From NCBI GenBank assembly GCA_034780895.1, contig JAUZTB010000033.1, forward strand, positions 26,124,957 to 26,188,956: DNA of 64,000 bases. The letters run 5' to 3'. Numbering within the stretch: the first letter of the stretch is position 1; every line of letters begins with the position of its first letter. The notes beneath the pieces were generated by a model, which saw nothing but the letters and a program-made list of their open reading frames with translations, did no database searches and was not told where the DNA came from. Both the position numbers and the translations under genes were made by a program. This stretch comes from Rhynchobatus australiae (taxonomy: Eukaryota). Below, one piece after another: positions 11,870 through 24,769 of the stretch.

Positions 11870-13760
11870 TGAGGGAAGTAATATAATAAACTTTTGGAAG
11901 GCATTTGGCAAGGTTCCACATAGATGTTAACAAAAATAGACTTGGAAATGACTCATTTCTTAACTTAACCAAACCAATGGGTTAAAAGCTAGTTTGTATT
12001 AATGGGGATGTGCACAGTGGTGTTTGCTGCATCTGTCAGGACTTTGGGTTTGCACTATAATTGTAAATGATTTGGATAAGGGAATAGGTAACCACCTATT
12101 CTGGTAGCACAAATTAGGTGCCACAGCTAAATAGTGTGTCATGTGGGCTGGATGATACTCAATTCAGCTTGTGCTCAGCGTAGACATGAGTCCAGTGAGA
12201 ATAAACCCAGCCTATCCATTCTTTCCTCATCAGTAAAGCCGTGTATTTCATGCAACTTCCTGGTCGATCTCTCTGCACTCAATACTACCTGATCCTTCCT
12301 ATAATATGGCAACCAAAACTGTACACAATTCTCTTAACTTGCAAATGGGACTAGCTTAGATGGATATCTTGGTCAGCATGGACAAGTTGGGCCAAATGGC
12401 CTGTTTTTTGTACTGTATTATTCTGACTCTGTGGCCTGACGGATGTTTTGTACAGGTGCAACATGACATCCTACCTCTTAAACGGTGTACCACCATGTTA
12501 CGGAGGAGCTGCATTCTTAGAAAACCATCTGTATCATGATTTAACGTGAACCCTTTTATTCCCTCCCCCTCATTGAATCCAATGTTACAAGTGGAGCTGT
12601 GTTCCAACAGGAAGTTTTTCTCTCAACAGTAATGTCCCTGTAGGTGTGCAAGCGAATTATGATTGTGTTGTAGGCAGAAGAGAAAGGGTTGTTCTTAATT
12701 AACTAGAAATGGATGTTACATTGTTTGATTAAAGTATAGTTGTAGAAGTATTAATAGAGGAGATTGCCTTGTCAGTTTTCAAAGCAAATCTCATAAGTGG
12801 TTTCCCTTTCACATAAATTTCAGAAGAGCAAATTTTTATTCTGTATCTCAAATTTTTTTGGTGGTGATTCCTGACTTCCAGGAGGACAAATTTCCATTAC
12901 CCAAACTGCCATCATGTTATACTCGATGCCTCAGCCTATGAAGGCAAGTATGCCAAATGCTTCCTTCACTACCCTATCCAACTGTGTTGTTTTTGAGGAG
13001 AAATAAACTTGCAACCAAAGGTCCTCTGTACCATTTTGGGTACAAATGCAGAGGTTCTATGCAAGAGGCATAGAATGGGAGACAGTTGGAATGCTTTTCC
13101 AGGGTAAAAATCTCAAATGCTAGAAGGTGTAACTTTAAGGCTAGAGGGGGAAAGTTTAAAGGAGATGTGCACGAACATTCTTCATACAGAGAATGATAGG
13201 TGCCTGGAATGCACTGCCAAGGATGGTGGCTGAAGCAGATAAAATAGTAGCATTTAAGAAGCTTTTAGATGAGCATGTGAGGATGCAGGAAATAGAGCAA
13301 TATGGATCATGTGCAGGCAGAAGGGATTACTTAATTTGGCATGTTCAGCACAGACATTGTGGACTGAAGGGCCTGTTCCTGTGCTCTACTGTTCTATCTA
13401 CATTAGCACTCCTGAGGTCCCTGCCATTTACTGTTTATATCCTTTGATATCCCAAAATGCATTACTTTGCACTAGTCCAGATTTAATTTCATCTGCCACC
13501 TCTTCATCCAACTTTCCAACAGACATATGCTTCTCTGTATTCTTTCACAACCACTACCCTCTGCCTCCTATTACCAAGCCAACTTTGGATCCAGTTTGCC
13601 AACTCACCTTGGATCCTATGTGCCTAACCTTCTGGACAGCCTACCATGTGGGATTTGGTCAAAAGCCATGCTAAAGTCCTTGTGAACTATGTCTAATGCC
13701 CTGCCTTCATCAGTTTTCTTTGTTGTCTCCTCAAAACAAAAACTCACTCAGATTTGTGAG
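11870..13760. mobile_element. Cluster of decayed CR1 fragments on both strands
   Basis: aaggcatttggcaaggttccacat (KAF.KVPH), ORF 13193..13447 (GAWNALPRMVAEAD...FKKLLD, CR1 C-terminus) with 3' tail near 13400, and minus-strand pieces at 12900-13030 and 13400-13760. Confidence 0.7.
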
Positions 13761-14744
13761 ATTCAGCATTTCCTTGTTGCCTCCCCCCCAAGCTGCAACA
13801 ATTGGAGATGGGCTGAGCTGAGCAGAGCTGGGAGCATTGAGAAGATTCAGTGAGGCCAGCTGGCGGCTTCTCTGCCTGCTGACTCTCGCATCACAGCTGT
13901 TTCTTTCATCCTCTCCCACACAGTTTTTGTTCATTTCTGGGTTGCAGACAGTTGTAACCAGGAGACTGCCTGTATCTGATTCTTTGGCTCATTGTTAATT
14001 GGAGCAATTTAAATTTAGAGAGCATTTAAGAAACAATAATTATAATATCATCAAGATTTAGAATAGCTATGGAAAGTATATAGATCCCTTCAAGATTAAA
14101 ACTAATTAATTGAGAAGACCAATTTTAATGAGACGAGAACAGATCTGGGTAATTGGAAATCAAAGATTGGCAATACATATGTAATTAAATAATGGGAGAT
14201 CTTTAAGATGGAGATGTTTTAGCTGCCGTCTGTCATCATAGTCTAGGTACAATTTATATGAGGGAGAAGGACAAGGGAGTTAAAGCCAGAACTCCGTGAA
14301 TGACCAAAGGGAAAGTAAAAACAGAGCAGGAAAAAAAAGCAAATGACATAGAAGAGATTGTTAATGCTAGTTAGAACCAGGCTGAATATGGAAAGTTCAG
14401 AGAGGAAGCTTTGTAAAAAAAAAAGGGATGGGAAAGTTTGGCAGCAAACATAAAAGGGAATCCAAAAATATTCTCTTGGAATGTAAACAGGAAAAAGATT
14501 GTAAGGGGAGAGGTGGGTCTGAAGTCAGAGCAAAGAGGAATCTATTCAAGAGCGGAGGCCATGGCTGAGGTACAAAAAGAGTACATCAGCCTATTCATTG
14601 GTGAAGACTGCTGCTGGAGTCTTGGCAAATGAAGGTATGGTGGAGATTCTGGATTGCTTATGAGGAGTTCCTAGAAAGGCTACCTGATACAGATGCAGAG
14701 TATCCGAGATTCCACAAGGGAATAAGCAAAGAAATCGAAAAGGC

Positions 14745-14965
14745 ACTGGAGACATGAGACATGAGACTGGAGATCTGGAGTAATACATAAAAGAGCTGGA
14801 GGAATTCAGTGGGTAAGATAGCAGCTATTGAGGGAAATGAACAGTTGACATTTTGGGTCGAGACCCTTCGGGACTATCTAGTCCTGTTGAAGGGTTTCAA
14901 CTCAACATCAACTGTGAATTTTCCTCCATAGATGCTGAGGTTTTTATAGCTCCTTTGTGTGTTGA
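14745..14965. mobile_element. Fold-back Penelope-terminus-derived element with two inverted hammerhead-like relics
   Basis: Inverted repeat centred near 14878: acagttgacattttgggtcgagacccttcgggact versus agtcctgttgaagggtttcaactcaacatcaactgt. Confidence 0.7.
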
Positions 14966-15099
14966 AAAGACACTGGTTGTGATCTTCCAAACATCTACAG
15001 AGTTTAAGGGAGGTGCTCAAAGACTGGAAAATTAACATTACAGCACTTTTCTGTTGAAGTGTGTTGTGGTCAAAACCTTGGGGGCAAAGATTTAATGTA

Positions 15100-15542
15100 C
15101 AGGCTTCCCTGAGTTATGCAAAGGGTCCATTCCTGAGAACTGTCCATAAGCTAATTTCTCCGTAAGCCGGAAACCTCTGTTTTCTGTAGCAACCCATATT
15201 GTATTGTTCTAGAGACACTTGCTGTAATTCTTTCATTTCATTGAATAAATCACCCTAGCACTATGCATAACTGGACTAATGGGATATACACTGTATCGAG
15301 TCATACCATGAAATGTTTTATTATCACTATCTTGAAAAATGCTTCAAAATTGGATGGGAGAATTTGAGTAAAGTTGGATTTTCATAAGTCATTTTATTCA
15401 TAAATCNNNNNNNNNNNNNNNNNNNNNNNNNNNNNNNNNNNNNNNNNNNNNNNNNNNNNNNNNNNNNNNNNNNNNNNNNNNNNNNNNNNNNNNNNNNNNN
15501 NNNNNNCATAAGTCAGTTTATTCATAACTCAGGTAGCCACTG
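15100..15542. mobile_element. Tigger/pogo-type MITE
   Basis: TA|CAGGCTTCCCTGAGTTATG at left and CATAACTCAGGTAGCCACTG|TA at right: imperfect TIRs starting with CAG and flanked by TA. Confidence 0.7.
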
Positions 15543-17359
15543 TAATTGAGTAGTAAGATGAGGGGGAAGATTAGGTAACATTTTCTTCCTAAAAAGGTGC
15601 TGGGGTCTGGAATGTACTGTGTGAAAGGGTGGTAGAGACTTTGCTGTACTTAATATTTGGAAGTGTACTTGGAGAGCAATGATATGTTGGGCTATGGAAC
15701 AAGCACTGGAAGGTGGGATTACTCTGGGGAGCTCTATTTTTGACCATCTGGATGCGGTTGGAGTAGCCCCTTGTCTCACTTTAATGGTTCTTTGATTTTT
15801 TTTTAGTTGTTAAAATTTGCTGGCAGGGAAAGTTCTCAAACCTAATGAGGGACAGTAGTATCAGTCACTTTGATAAGTATGGGTTGATCAGAGAAAGTTA
15901 GCATGCACTTGTTAAAAGCAGGTCATCTCTAAGTTGATCAACCTTTCTAATGAAGAAAAAGGGAGGGTTGATTGTGGAAAAAAATGGTTGAAGTTATTAT
16001 ATATAGCTTTCCAAAAAGTATTTGATGAAGTGTGATTTAAGACTATAATCAGTGGTACTGAAGCTCATGGAATAAAGGAACTGTTGCAGAATGGATGGAA
16101 AAATGAATGCCTGTTCTTGCAGAATGGAAAGAAACTTATTGTAGCGTATGCTTAGTACAGTGGCACTAAGATCTCTGGTTTCTTAATTATTAATGACTTG
16201 TGTTTGGATGCACAGGATACAAGTTCCAAATCTATAGAAGAGACTAAGGTTTGAGACAATGAACTGTATGGAGGATAGTAATGGACTTGGAGGAATTATA
16301 AGCTGACAGACAAAATTAAATGTACCCAAGGTGTTGCATTTTGATATGAGAAATGAAAAGAGACAATGTAAACTAGAGGAATCAATNNNNNNNNNNNNNN
16401 NNNNNNNNNNNNNNNNNNNNNNNNNNNNNNNNNNNNNNNNNNNNNNNTAAGAAGTATTTTAAAAAAATCAAAGAGCGTTGAGGTCTTTTTAAATGGAAGG
16501 ATGGAGTGCCAGAGCAAGGGAATCTTGAACTCCATAAAATACTTGGTTGGAGAACAACTGGAATATTGTTTTATTTCTGGATATCACAGTTCTGGAAAGA
16601 TTTAAATACTTTGAAGAGAATGCAGAAGAGATTTATTATTATGAATAGGGGACTTTAGTATCTGCGTAGACGGGAGAAGCTGGGGTGGTTCTCGTTGGAG
16701 GTTGAGAAGGATGTGTGAGGACAGTATTAGATGGTAGAGGGATCAAGAACTCTAAGACATAAAATGAAGCTGATAGGCAAAAGAACTAAAAGTGACGTGA
16801 AGATAAATTTTTGTATAATGCTCTCATATGTAAGGCTCTGGAATGCACTGCTGGGAATTTGAACGTTCAAAATGGAGCTGGGTAAGTATCTGAAAGAAAA
16901 GAATTTTCAAAGTTATGTAGAAGAGGCATGGGACCAGCTGGATTGTTTTTCAACAGGCAGTACCACTTGACAGGCCAAAAGCCTGGCATTTCTTGCAATT
17001 TGTTATCAATGTCAAAAAAAGAACAATACTAAATGTTTGTCAATAACTAAAGGAACTTAATTTAGTGTGACTACAGATTTGGGTTAATAACATACACTGG
17101 GGGCATGACAGGGAAACCAGACCACAGAAAAAAATTGTGTTGAGCAAGTTTTTGGAAACTTATTCATGAACATCAATTCAGTGTTTATTGAGCATTGAAA
17201 AACATCCCAAGAACAAGTAATGTTTTAAGCACTCCCTTTGCATTTGATATCTATTTGATGTCCATAGTTAGTGCCATTTGAAATGGAAAAGAACAGAATT
17301 GCATTTATGATGTACCTTTTGTGTCCAATTTCTATTATTCTTTTTTGATATTTATTTTT

Positions 17360-17690
17360 GAATGACACACAGGTGGCCATTTGGCCAGGAGTCCACGCTG
17401 GCTCTCAAGAAAGGAAGCCTTTAGTTCATTCCCACTTTCCTTATTTCCCTGCAACTCATTCTCTCTCGTACAAGTTTATCAACTTTTTTGATTATTTTTG
17501 TAATTTAATCTAAGCTAATTAACCCATTGGTGGATCTATGGGATGAAACCAGAACCTGGAGGAAATCTGTGTGGTCATAGACAATGTGCAAACTCCATGT
17601 GCACAGCGCTCAAGGTCCAATTTGTATTCTGTCCCCCTGGGGCTGTGAGACAGCAGCATTAACAGCTGCACCACTCTTCCATCCATTACA
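17360..17690 (-). mobile_element. Decayed V-SINE
   Basis: aaaccagaacctggaggaaatctgtgtggtcatagacaatgtgcaaactccat is a reverse V-domain; ends with cagctgcaccactctt (tRNA head). Confidence 0.55.
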
Positions 17691-17849
17691 CCCAAATAAG
17701 TACTAGTGAAGTGTGGTCATTGTTATAACGTAGGAGATGTGGCAGCCACAAATAATAATGCGGTCCTTGTTTTATTAATGTGCACTGAAGGATAAATGTT
17801 GGCTAGGATGCCAGGGAGAATTCCATGGTTGCCTTTGAATTCAAGGTTT

Positions 17850-18592
17850 GCTCTGGTATAAAATTAAAATTTGACCTGACTTAATCCCAAGCCAACCCAA
17901 GCCAAGTCTGATGAGACGTGACTATGATGGGGTCCAGTTTGGTGTGGATTGGGTGGTCGGGCCCTTGCAGGTGGTTGGGGGTGTGTGGATGGCAGGTATT
18001 TTTGGGGTGATGGACGAGGAAATGTCATTGATCCCTCCATGTATGAAAGCATGTATTCAGATCAAGAGCTTGGGGGGGGGGGGGAGTTGCCATGTTGATG
18101 ATTAATGCCCCTTCCAATTCAGTCATTGTTGCCATGGAGACTGACGACAGACGTTGGGCCCAGGAATTTCTCACCACAGGCAGGGGTCCAAAACCAGTTG
18201 TTCTAGGCAATGTGCTGGATTTCTATCTCTTTCTATGCAGTCAGTTTGTTATGCACCCATGAGGTCCAGAGCTGAGTACTCGGCTGTTGGGTCTGGGTTC
18301 TGCCTACAGGGCTGGATTTGCCATCAAGCATAATAACAGACCACTGTGAAATCCTTTCCAAAGTGCTCATCACTGCCTGTTTGCTGCAGACATTGAGATG
18401 TCAACAGATATATTCTCCACTGTCACACAGAAGAGTGTTCTAATTTAAAAATAGTTTAAAAATAATTTAAAAAGAGCTTGCATGGCCTGAACCAATCTGA
18501 GCCCAAGAACTTTATCTTTTAATACTTGGCCCAACCCAAACCTGACACATGTAGTTGGTCTCAATGAAACCAGGTCAAGGAGCCAGGTTCTA
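17850..18592. mobile_element. Non-autonomous DNA-transposon-like insertion, possibly hAT-derived
   Basis: Interrupts the DeuSINE; both ends carry arrays of acctga/acccaa/gccaa motifs (CpG-decayed ACCCGA-type subterminal repeats); no clean TIR seen. Confidence 0.35.
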
Positions 18593-19519
18593 TCATGGGT
18601 GTGTTTTAATCTGCCTGAGGAAAACAATAAGGCCTTGAGTTTAATTTCTCAACAGAATGACATAACTGAATGCAGCACTGTACTGCATTGGAGAGTTGGG
18701 CAACATTTTTGTACTCGTGACATTTAGAGTGGGATTTAAGCTCTCAGCTGCTGACTCAGATGAAAGTGCTGCTAATGGAACCACAGTCAATATACAATTA
18801 TGTGATATAGGCAGTAATCCTTGACTGTAGACAATATAAGGGATGGGAATTATAAGAGTAATTAGGATGACTGTGAATTGCGTAGAAAATATATAGAACA
18901 GAAGCAGGCCATTTGGTCTAACCTGACCATATCACTGTTAATTCTCAAACCACCTCCTCCTCTTCCCAAACCACCTCCTACTCTTCCTTGACTCTCATCA
19001 GAATTCTGTCCTTGTCTTTAATTTTGTAGCTTCCCCTTAGCTGCTGCATCTATATTATTATTTTCAATAGCTCTGTATAGTAGTGAGATCCAAATTTTTA
19101 CCAGTCTGAGTAAAGAATATCCAAAGATAACCCTTTGTGATGAATTGTAGAATTATGGAATCAGAAACTTGCAGTGCAGAGGAGAAGAGATCATTGTATC
19201 AATGGTCAAAAACAGTGACCCCATTTCCCAGATCTTGATCCATAATCTTGTNNNNNNNNNNNNNNNNNNNNNNNNNNNNNNNNNNNNNNNNNNNNNNNNN
19301 NNNNNNNNNNNNNNNNNNNNNNNNNNNNNNNNNNNNNNNNNNNNNNNNNNNTTGATCCATAATCTTGTAGGTTACAGTATTTCAAGCCAAGTACTACTTA
19401 AATATGATAGAATGGTATAGGAACAAAACCATTTTCAGGCCATGAATTCCAAATTCTTGATACTGTTTGGTTTAAAAATTGTCACTGTCTCTCCTTCTTC
19501 TGTAACCAGTTAAATCTCT

Positions 19520-20280
19520 AATTAAAAGTAGAATATGCTGGAAGTATGTAACAGATTAGGCAGCCTTTGTGGTGAGAAAAGCAGTTAATGTTTTGGGTCA
19601 ATAATCTCTTATCAGAGTTGGGTAAAGTTAAGACTAAGTTTGAAGTTTCAGAGGAAATGGTGAGGGGTGGAGAAAACGCAGGGGAAGGTCAGTGAAAGAG
19701 ATTGAGAGTCGTGCCAGTTGAAGGGGTATTGTAAAGACTAGTGAGAAACAAAAATGAGAGGAGGTCAAAATAAGTCAATTGAATTCTGAAATACCAGAAA
19801 TTGGGGGAGAAAGTGAAAAGAATGCTGGAAATGTGGGATTCAAGACTGGAAAAGCTGATTATAGTTGNNNNNNNNNNNNNNNNNNNNNNNNNNNNNNNNN
19901 NNNNNNNNNNNNNNNNNNNNNNNNNNNNNNNNNNNNNNNNNNNNNNNNNNNNNNNNNNNNNNNNNNNATTGAGTAGCAGAGTGGGTACTGCAGGAGATGG
20001 TTCAGAGCATCACTTAGGGCAGTCTTTGAAAGTGTTGAAAACGGAGGGAAAGATGTGTCTGGTGACACATTCAACGAAAAATTCCAGTTTTTCATTGTAT
20101 TGAAAACATCAGAATTTATGGAGTATTCAACATATTCTTTGTAATTTTGGCACTTCCAAAGTGATTGCCACCACCACCAAACATATTTTTCCTTCACCAC
20201 CCCCCCCCCCCCCTTCCCCACAGATGTTGCCTGACTTGCTGAATATTTCTGGTGTTTTCAAGTTTTATTTCTAATTTCAA
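19520..20280 (-). mobile_element. Penelope-derived element with inverted termini
   Basis: Left tgctggaagtatgtaacagattaggcagcctttgtgg and right ccacagatgttgcctgacttgctgaatatttctgg are inverted; internal peptide KTALSDALNHL resembles GIY-YIG 'RRL.DRF.EHL'. Confidence 0.65.
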
Positions 20281-21710
20281 TGAGTACTAGTTGCTGTGAT
20301 CCAAATCAGACAACTCCAGCTAAACCGGTCTCTCTTCATAACTAAAATTCTCCAGGTGGCCTCATCTTTGTAAATCTCCTCTGCGTTGCCTCTAGTTATC
20401 TTTAATGTAGAATGGTGACTTGAACTGTACATGGTAGTCTAGCTGTGGCCTTACTAGTACTCTGTAGAATTACTGCATGACCTCCCTGTACTTGTAAGTC
20501 ATACTCGGGATCTTAAAAATAGTTGCCACTGGTGGAATAAGTCTCTTGGTCTGTAATGCCAACATAAACTTGGGGAGGAGAATTTTAGGTTTTCAGGTTT
20601 GGTGATGTGCCAGGACAAGTGAGATTGATGATGATCAGATGCACATGGGTCTTAAAGAGACATGANNNNNNNNNNNNNNNNNNNNNNNNNNNNNNNNNNN
20701 NNNNNNNNNNNNNNNNNNNNNNNNNNNNNNNNNNNNNNNNNNNNNNNNNNNNNNNNNNNNNNNNNATGATGTGGATAAGAGATGCATGATTTGGATAATA
20801 TTTTTGTGTGCCAATTCCAGTCTTCCAACATCTAAGAGCTTTATAGAAGAAATCTCATTATTAATCATTCCTTTTATTTAAGTACATTGTGAATAACTTT
20901 TCTCTCTTTATTTTTTCAAAAACAAATATGATCTACAAGTCAAGATGACTTTGTCCAAGAGTTTCTCGCTTGACGGCATCAAGCTGAATTAATTGCTCAT
21001 GAGATGGTTGCTAATTCAGGAGCTTCAGTGTCCAAACCATTAAATCTTGGTGCTTTTGTGCCAAAGCACCAAAAATTTACTATGACTTCTACAGTGCATA
21101 TTTTATTTCTAGGCAAGTTTATGAAATTTATTTTCTGAACCTATTGTTTAAAATGCATTTTCTTGGTTAATCTGTTTTTGTAGCCACTTTAAAAGAAAGC
21201 TATTACAGCTCCTCCCAAGGAATGAATGCCGACTTGTGTACCATCCATACATATAAACAGGTGTTTGGGAGACCAGTAGGATGGATTTGCTGGCTTCTGT
21301 GGGGCTGCAGGCATCTTCTGCCATTTGGAAATGCAGTTTGTGGCAATATCTGGTTGAGATAAACACTCTGGTTTAACTAAACTTTGCCCTTGGTTGGTCT
21401 TTGTTTTTATTTAAATATATTGCCAGGCTATGAATTTCTGACTTTGGATTGCAAACAGTTCTCAGGAATGGAACCCTGTTATAACCTTGGGAATACCTGT
21501 CTCCTACTTGGTGAGGTTGTATGGCTATTTCGTGTATCCTGTCCTCAATTGATGACTCTGACCAACTGCTTGCTCACGTCGAATTGAGTGAATTGCTTGA
21601 CTGAATCACAAATTGTACATGGGCAATTAGAACCATTTGTTTTGTGTACATGTATCCATCCAGGGTGACTCTACAATGTCATCATCATAGCAATACTGGA
21701 TTTTTAAAAA

Positions 21711-21931
21711 ATTTATTTACAGCGTGGCAACAGGCCCTTCCGGCCCAATGAGTCCACACCGCCCATTTTTAAACTCCAAATTAACCTACCCGTACGTCTT
21801 TGGAATGTGGGGGGAAACTCACGCAGACACGGGAGAACATACAAACTCCTTACAGGCAGCGGCGGGAATTGAACCTGGGTCGCTGGCGCTGCAATAGCAT
21901 TGTGCTAACCACTACACTACCGTGCCGCCCC
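21711..21931 (-). mobile_element. V-SINE (HE1-like), young
   Basis: Reverse B box gaattgaacc at about 21867; reverse V domain gtctttggaatgtggg...acaaactccttacag; LINE-like tail aacaggcccttccggccca; CpGs retained. Confidence 0.9.
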
Positions 21932-22629
21932 TAATTATTTCTTGTGATCATAAGTATTTGTTTTGGGCCTGAATCTATTACTTTTTTGTGTGGAAAAAGG
22001 ATATCCTTGTGGCAGTCCTAAGGTTACACTGTACTATTTTAAGCTTGTCATCTTTACCAGTCTTGCTTTCAAATTTGCAATTTTATTCCAGATAGACCTT
22101 TTGCATACCATCTGCTATCCTGTAAACCTCTAAGGTTATTTTTCAGATATTTTTTTCCCAATCTGAAAAACCTACATCTTGGCATTCTTTGATTTACAAA
22201 GCTAAGTTTCCATGCATATGATTACATTGTGCCAAAATTTCTACAATGCATTTCTTAAAGCCATTTCAATTTGTGAAATTTAGCTCAACAAATTTTTTTT
22301 TTCAGGAATGCATCAGAGCAATGACTGTATATGCTATTTGGCAACCAATGCTCTGCCCCTATTAAATGTGGTATGCAGCTGCAATGTAATTAGCATGTCT
22401 GATCCAGTATTCTTTCTGTTCACAGAATGCACTTATTTTGGATGTTCTTGTTAACTTCATTGGATTGAATGCCCTTTGTTGTTAATTTCAGAAAGTGGAT
22501 CTAATATTTGCACAGGTGCTGTATAGATTGATGGGCTAAGCTCCCATTATTTCTTCTAATGGGAAATCTGATAAGGATGCACCTTTTAAACTTTCTGCTT
22601 GAATTGTCGATCCTCTGGTCAACTTCAGA

Positions 22630-22915
22630 AGGCATAAAAATCAGGATTGGGCCAATTGGCTCTTCAAGCCTACTTTACCATTCATCATGATTGATGTTAA
22701 TCTTCTCACTCAGTGCCATTTTCCTGCATGATCCCCACATCCCTTGATTCCCTTTTATATCCAGAAGTCTACCAATGTTTCTGTAGAATCAACTCAATGA
22801 CTGAACATCTGTAGCCCTCAGGAGAGTGAATGAGTGAATTCCAAAGGTGTACCATCCTCTGTGAAGGACTTTTTCCTCATCTCTAGTAAATGGCCCACCC
22901 TCATTTTGAGGCTTT
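22630..22915 (-). mobile_element. Decayed CR1 3' end
   Basis: ccattttcctgcatgatccccacatcccttgattccc...gaattccaaaggtgtaccatcctctgtgaag is the reverse of a CR1 C-terminus and 3' UTR. Confidence 0.6.
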
Positions 22916-23929
22916 GACGGACATCCATGGAGCTAAGACAGAGGAACTCAAAATAAAAGAAAAATTTATATAAGTGTGAACCAATGCTACTTCAAACACT
23001 AATCCTGGAATGTTCCAGAAGTCCAGGCAGTTCAACTAGATCTCATTGTACAAGCTTGAAAGAACTGATGGTCTCTTACAGGACCCATATACAAGTAATT
23101 AGGAAATATTGTAACCAAACTGCATAAATTCGATAACCTTTTTCTTCTCCCTTCCTGGTCAATGTAGTATTAAATATTAGAGGGAACAACTTTTCCATAT
23201 CAATCTTGGTGAGCATAAACAGAATAAAATGAGCCTAATCCTCTGTCTCTATTTGTTTTTAATATGTCAATCATTGTCCTTATCCATTGCTTACTGAATT
23301 CTTTTCAGGAAGTGAGAGTCTTTAAATGTATTTATGTTTTCTGAGCATAAAGAAAGACATGATCTTTCCCAATTTTTAGTATCTTGGTTTAGAATTTGGG
23401 GTGTATCCACAACTCTTCACTTGCTAGAATTCTAATAAAGAAAAATAGTACATCAGAAATGCCCTATTTTTGACAATACTATCAGTCCAGGAAGAGATAT
23501 ATTTAAACAAAACCCTTGGAGTTTATCAACTTGGAAATGTGCATGAAAAGCATGGTCAAATTCTTCATTCCTTTTTTAGTAATTGGCAGACAAACTTCAC
23601 AATGTTGATGCTTTATTGCCTTGCCTCCAGATTAATAGTATCATTTCATGGTATCATTCATCATGTCATATGGACAGCTAGGTAGCATTATTAGAGCAGT
23701 GCAAATATTCATTTCTCAACTGCAGATGCTTCAGAGACAAAGCCTATAATCTGTTTGGACAAATGGCAATCAGTTCGTCAGCGTCAGATTATTGGCCTTG
23801 GCATTGCAAGGATCCACAGATAAGGTGGAAGATAAGAACTTTGGCACAGGTACTGCAGTGAAGACATTTTCGTTAGGTCAGCTGATGCAGTAGATAACTG
23901 TTAGAATTTTTTGGGAAATGGCTTGATAT

Positions 23930-24722
23930 CCACAGAACTTCTGAGAAGGCATATGGTGTGCCAGCCTTCATTGGTCAGAGCATTGAGTATAAGAGTAAGG
24001 AAGTAGTGTTGCAGCTATATCAAACTTTGATTAGGCCGCACTTGGAGTATTGGGTGCAATTCTGGTTGCCCCCCATCACAGGAAGGATGTGGAGGCTTTG
24101 GAAAGGGTGCAGAAAAGGTTTACCAGGGTGCTCACTGGATTAGAGGGCATGAGTTGTAAGGCTGGACAAACTTGGGTTGTTTTCTCTGGAGTGTCAGAGG
24201 CTGAGGGGAGACCTCATAGTCTTACAGCATGGAAACAGGCCTTTCGGCTCAACTCATCCATACCGACTGTGTTGCCCAGTGAGCTCGTCCCATCTGCCTG
24301 CACTCAGCCCATAGCCCTCTAAACCTCTCCTATCCATGGACTTACCGAGATGTCTTTTAAATGTTGCTAATGTGCCTGCCATGACATGATAGAAATTTAT
24401 AAAATTATGAGTGTCATAGAGTGTAAACTGTCAGTATCTTTTTTCCCAGGGTTGAAATTTCAAGTACTAGAGGACATGCATTTAAGGTGAAAGGGGGCAG
24501 GTTTTTTTTTCCCTACAGAGTGGCAGGTGCCTCAAATAGGTTGCCAGGAGTGGTGGTGGAAGCAGATACAATTGTGGCATTTAAGAGGTTGTTAGACTCA
24601 TGAATATGCAGGCAATGGAGGGATACGGATCACGTACAGACAGAAGAGATTTAGTTTAGTTCTGCATTGTGTTCGGCACAAACTTTGTGTGCAGAAGGGC
24701 CTGTACTGTTCTACGTTCTAAG
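23930..24722 (+). mobile_element. CR1-type LINE 3' part
   Basis: ORFs 23958..24143 (IEYKSKEVVLQLYQTLIRPHLEYWVQFW) and 24050..24322 (RKDVEALERVQKRFTR); tail gggcctgtactgttctacgttcta. Confidence 0.9.
24215..24385 (-). mobile_element. Short CR1-type 3' end nested antisense in the CR1 above
   Basis: catagtcttacagcatggaaacaggcctttcggctcaac... interrupts host sequence gagacct|gatagaaatttataaaattatg. Confidence 0.75.
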
Positions 24723-24769
24723 GAACAAAAGCAGAAAATTATATGATTTGATGTATGCTATGCATTATT

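Larger units (their letters stand above)
14040..16990 (+). mobile_element. Old, long CR1 relic interrupted by younger insertions
   Basis: ORF 14438..14632 (LAANIKGNPKIF); downstream gctttccaaaaagtatttgatgaagtg (F.K.FD.V), caactggaatattgt (LEYC), ctggaatgcactgc (WNAL) in collinear order. Confidence 0.65.
17285..18790 (-). mobile_element. Ancient DeuSINE (SacSINE1-like) split into three pieces (about 17285-17325, 17700-17845, 18595-18790)
   Basis: gaagtgtggtcattgttataacgtaggagatgtggcagcc, gaaggataaatgttggctaggatgccagggagaattcc and tgcagcactgtactgcattggagag resemble the reverse complement of the Deu-domain SINE body as recalled. Confidence 0.6.

Noticed and set aside
21845-21931. tRNA-like sequences with B boxes (also 2717-2780 and 26900-26984)
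   Set aside because: These are SINE heads joined to V domains, not tRNA genes
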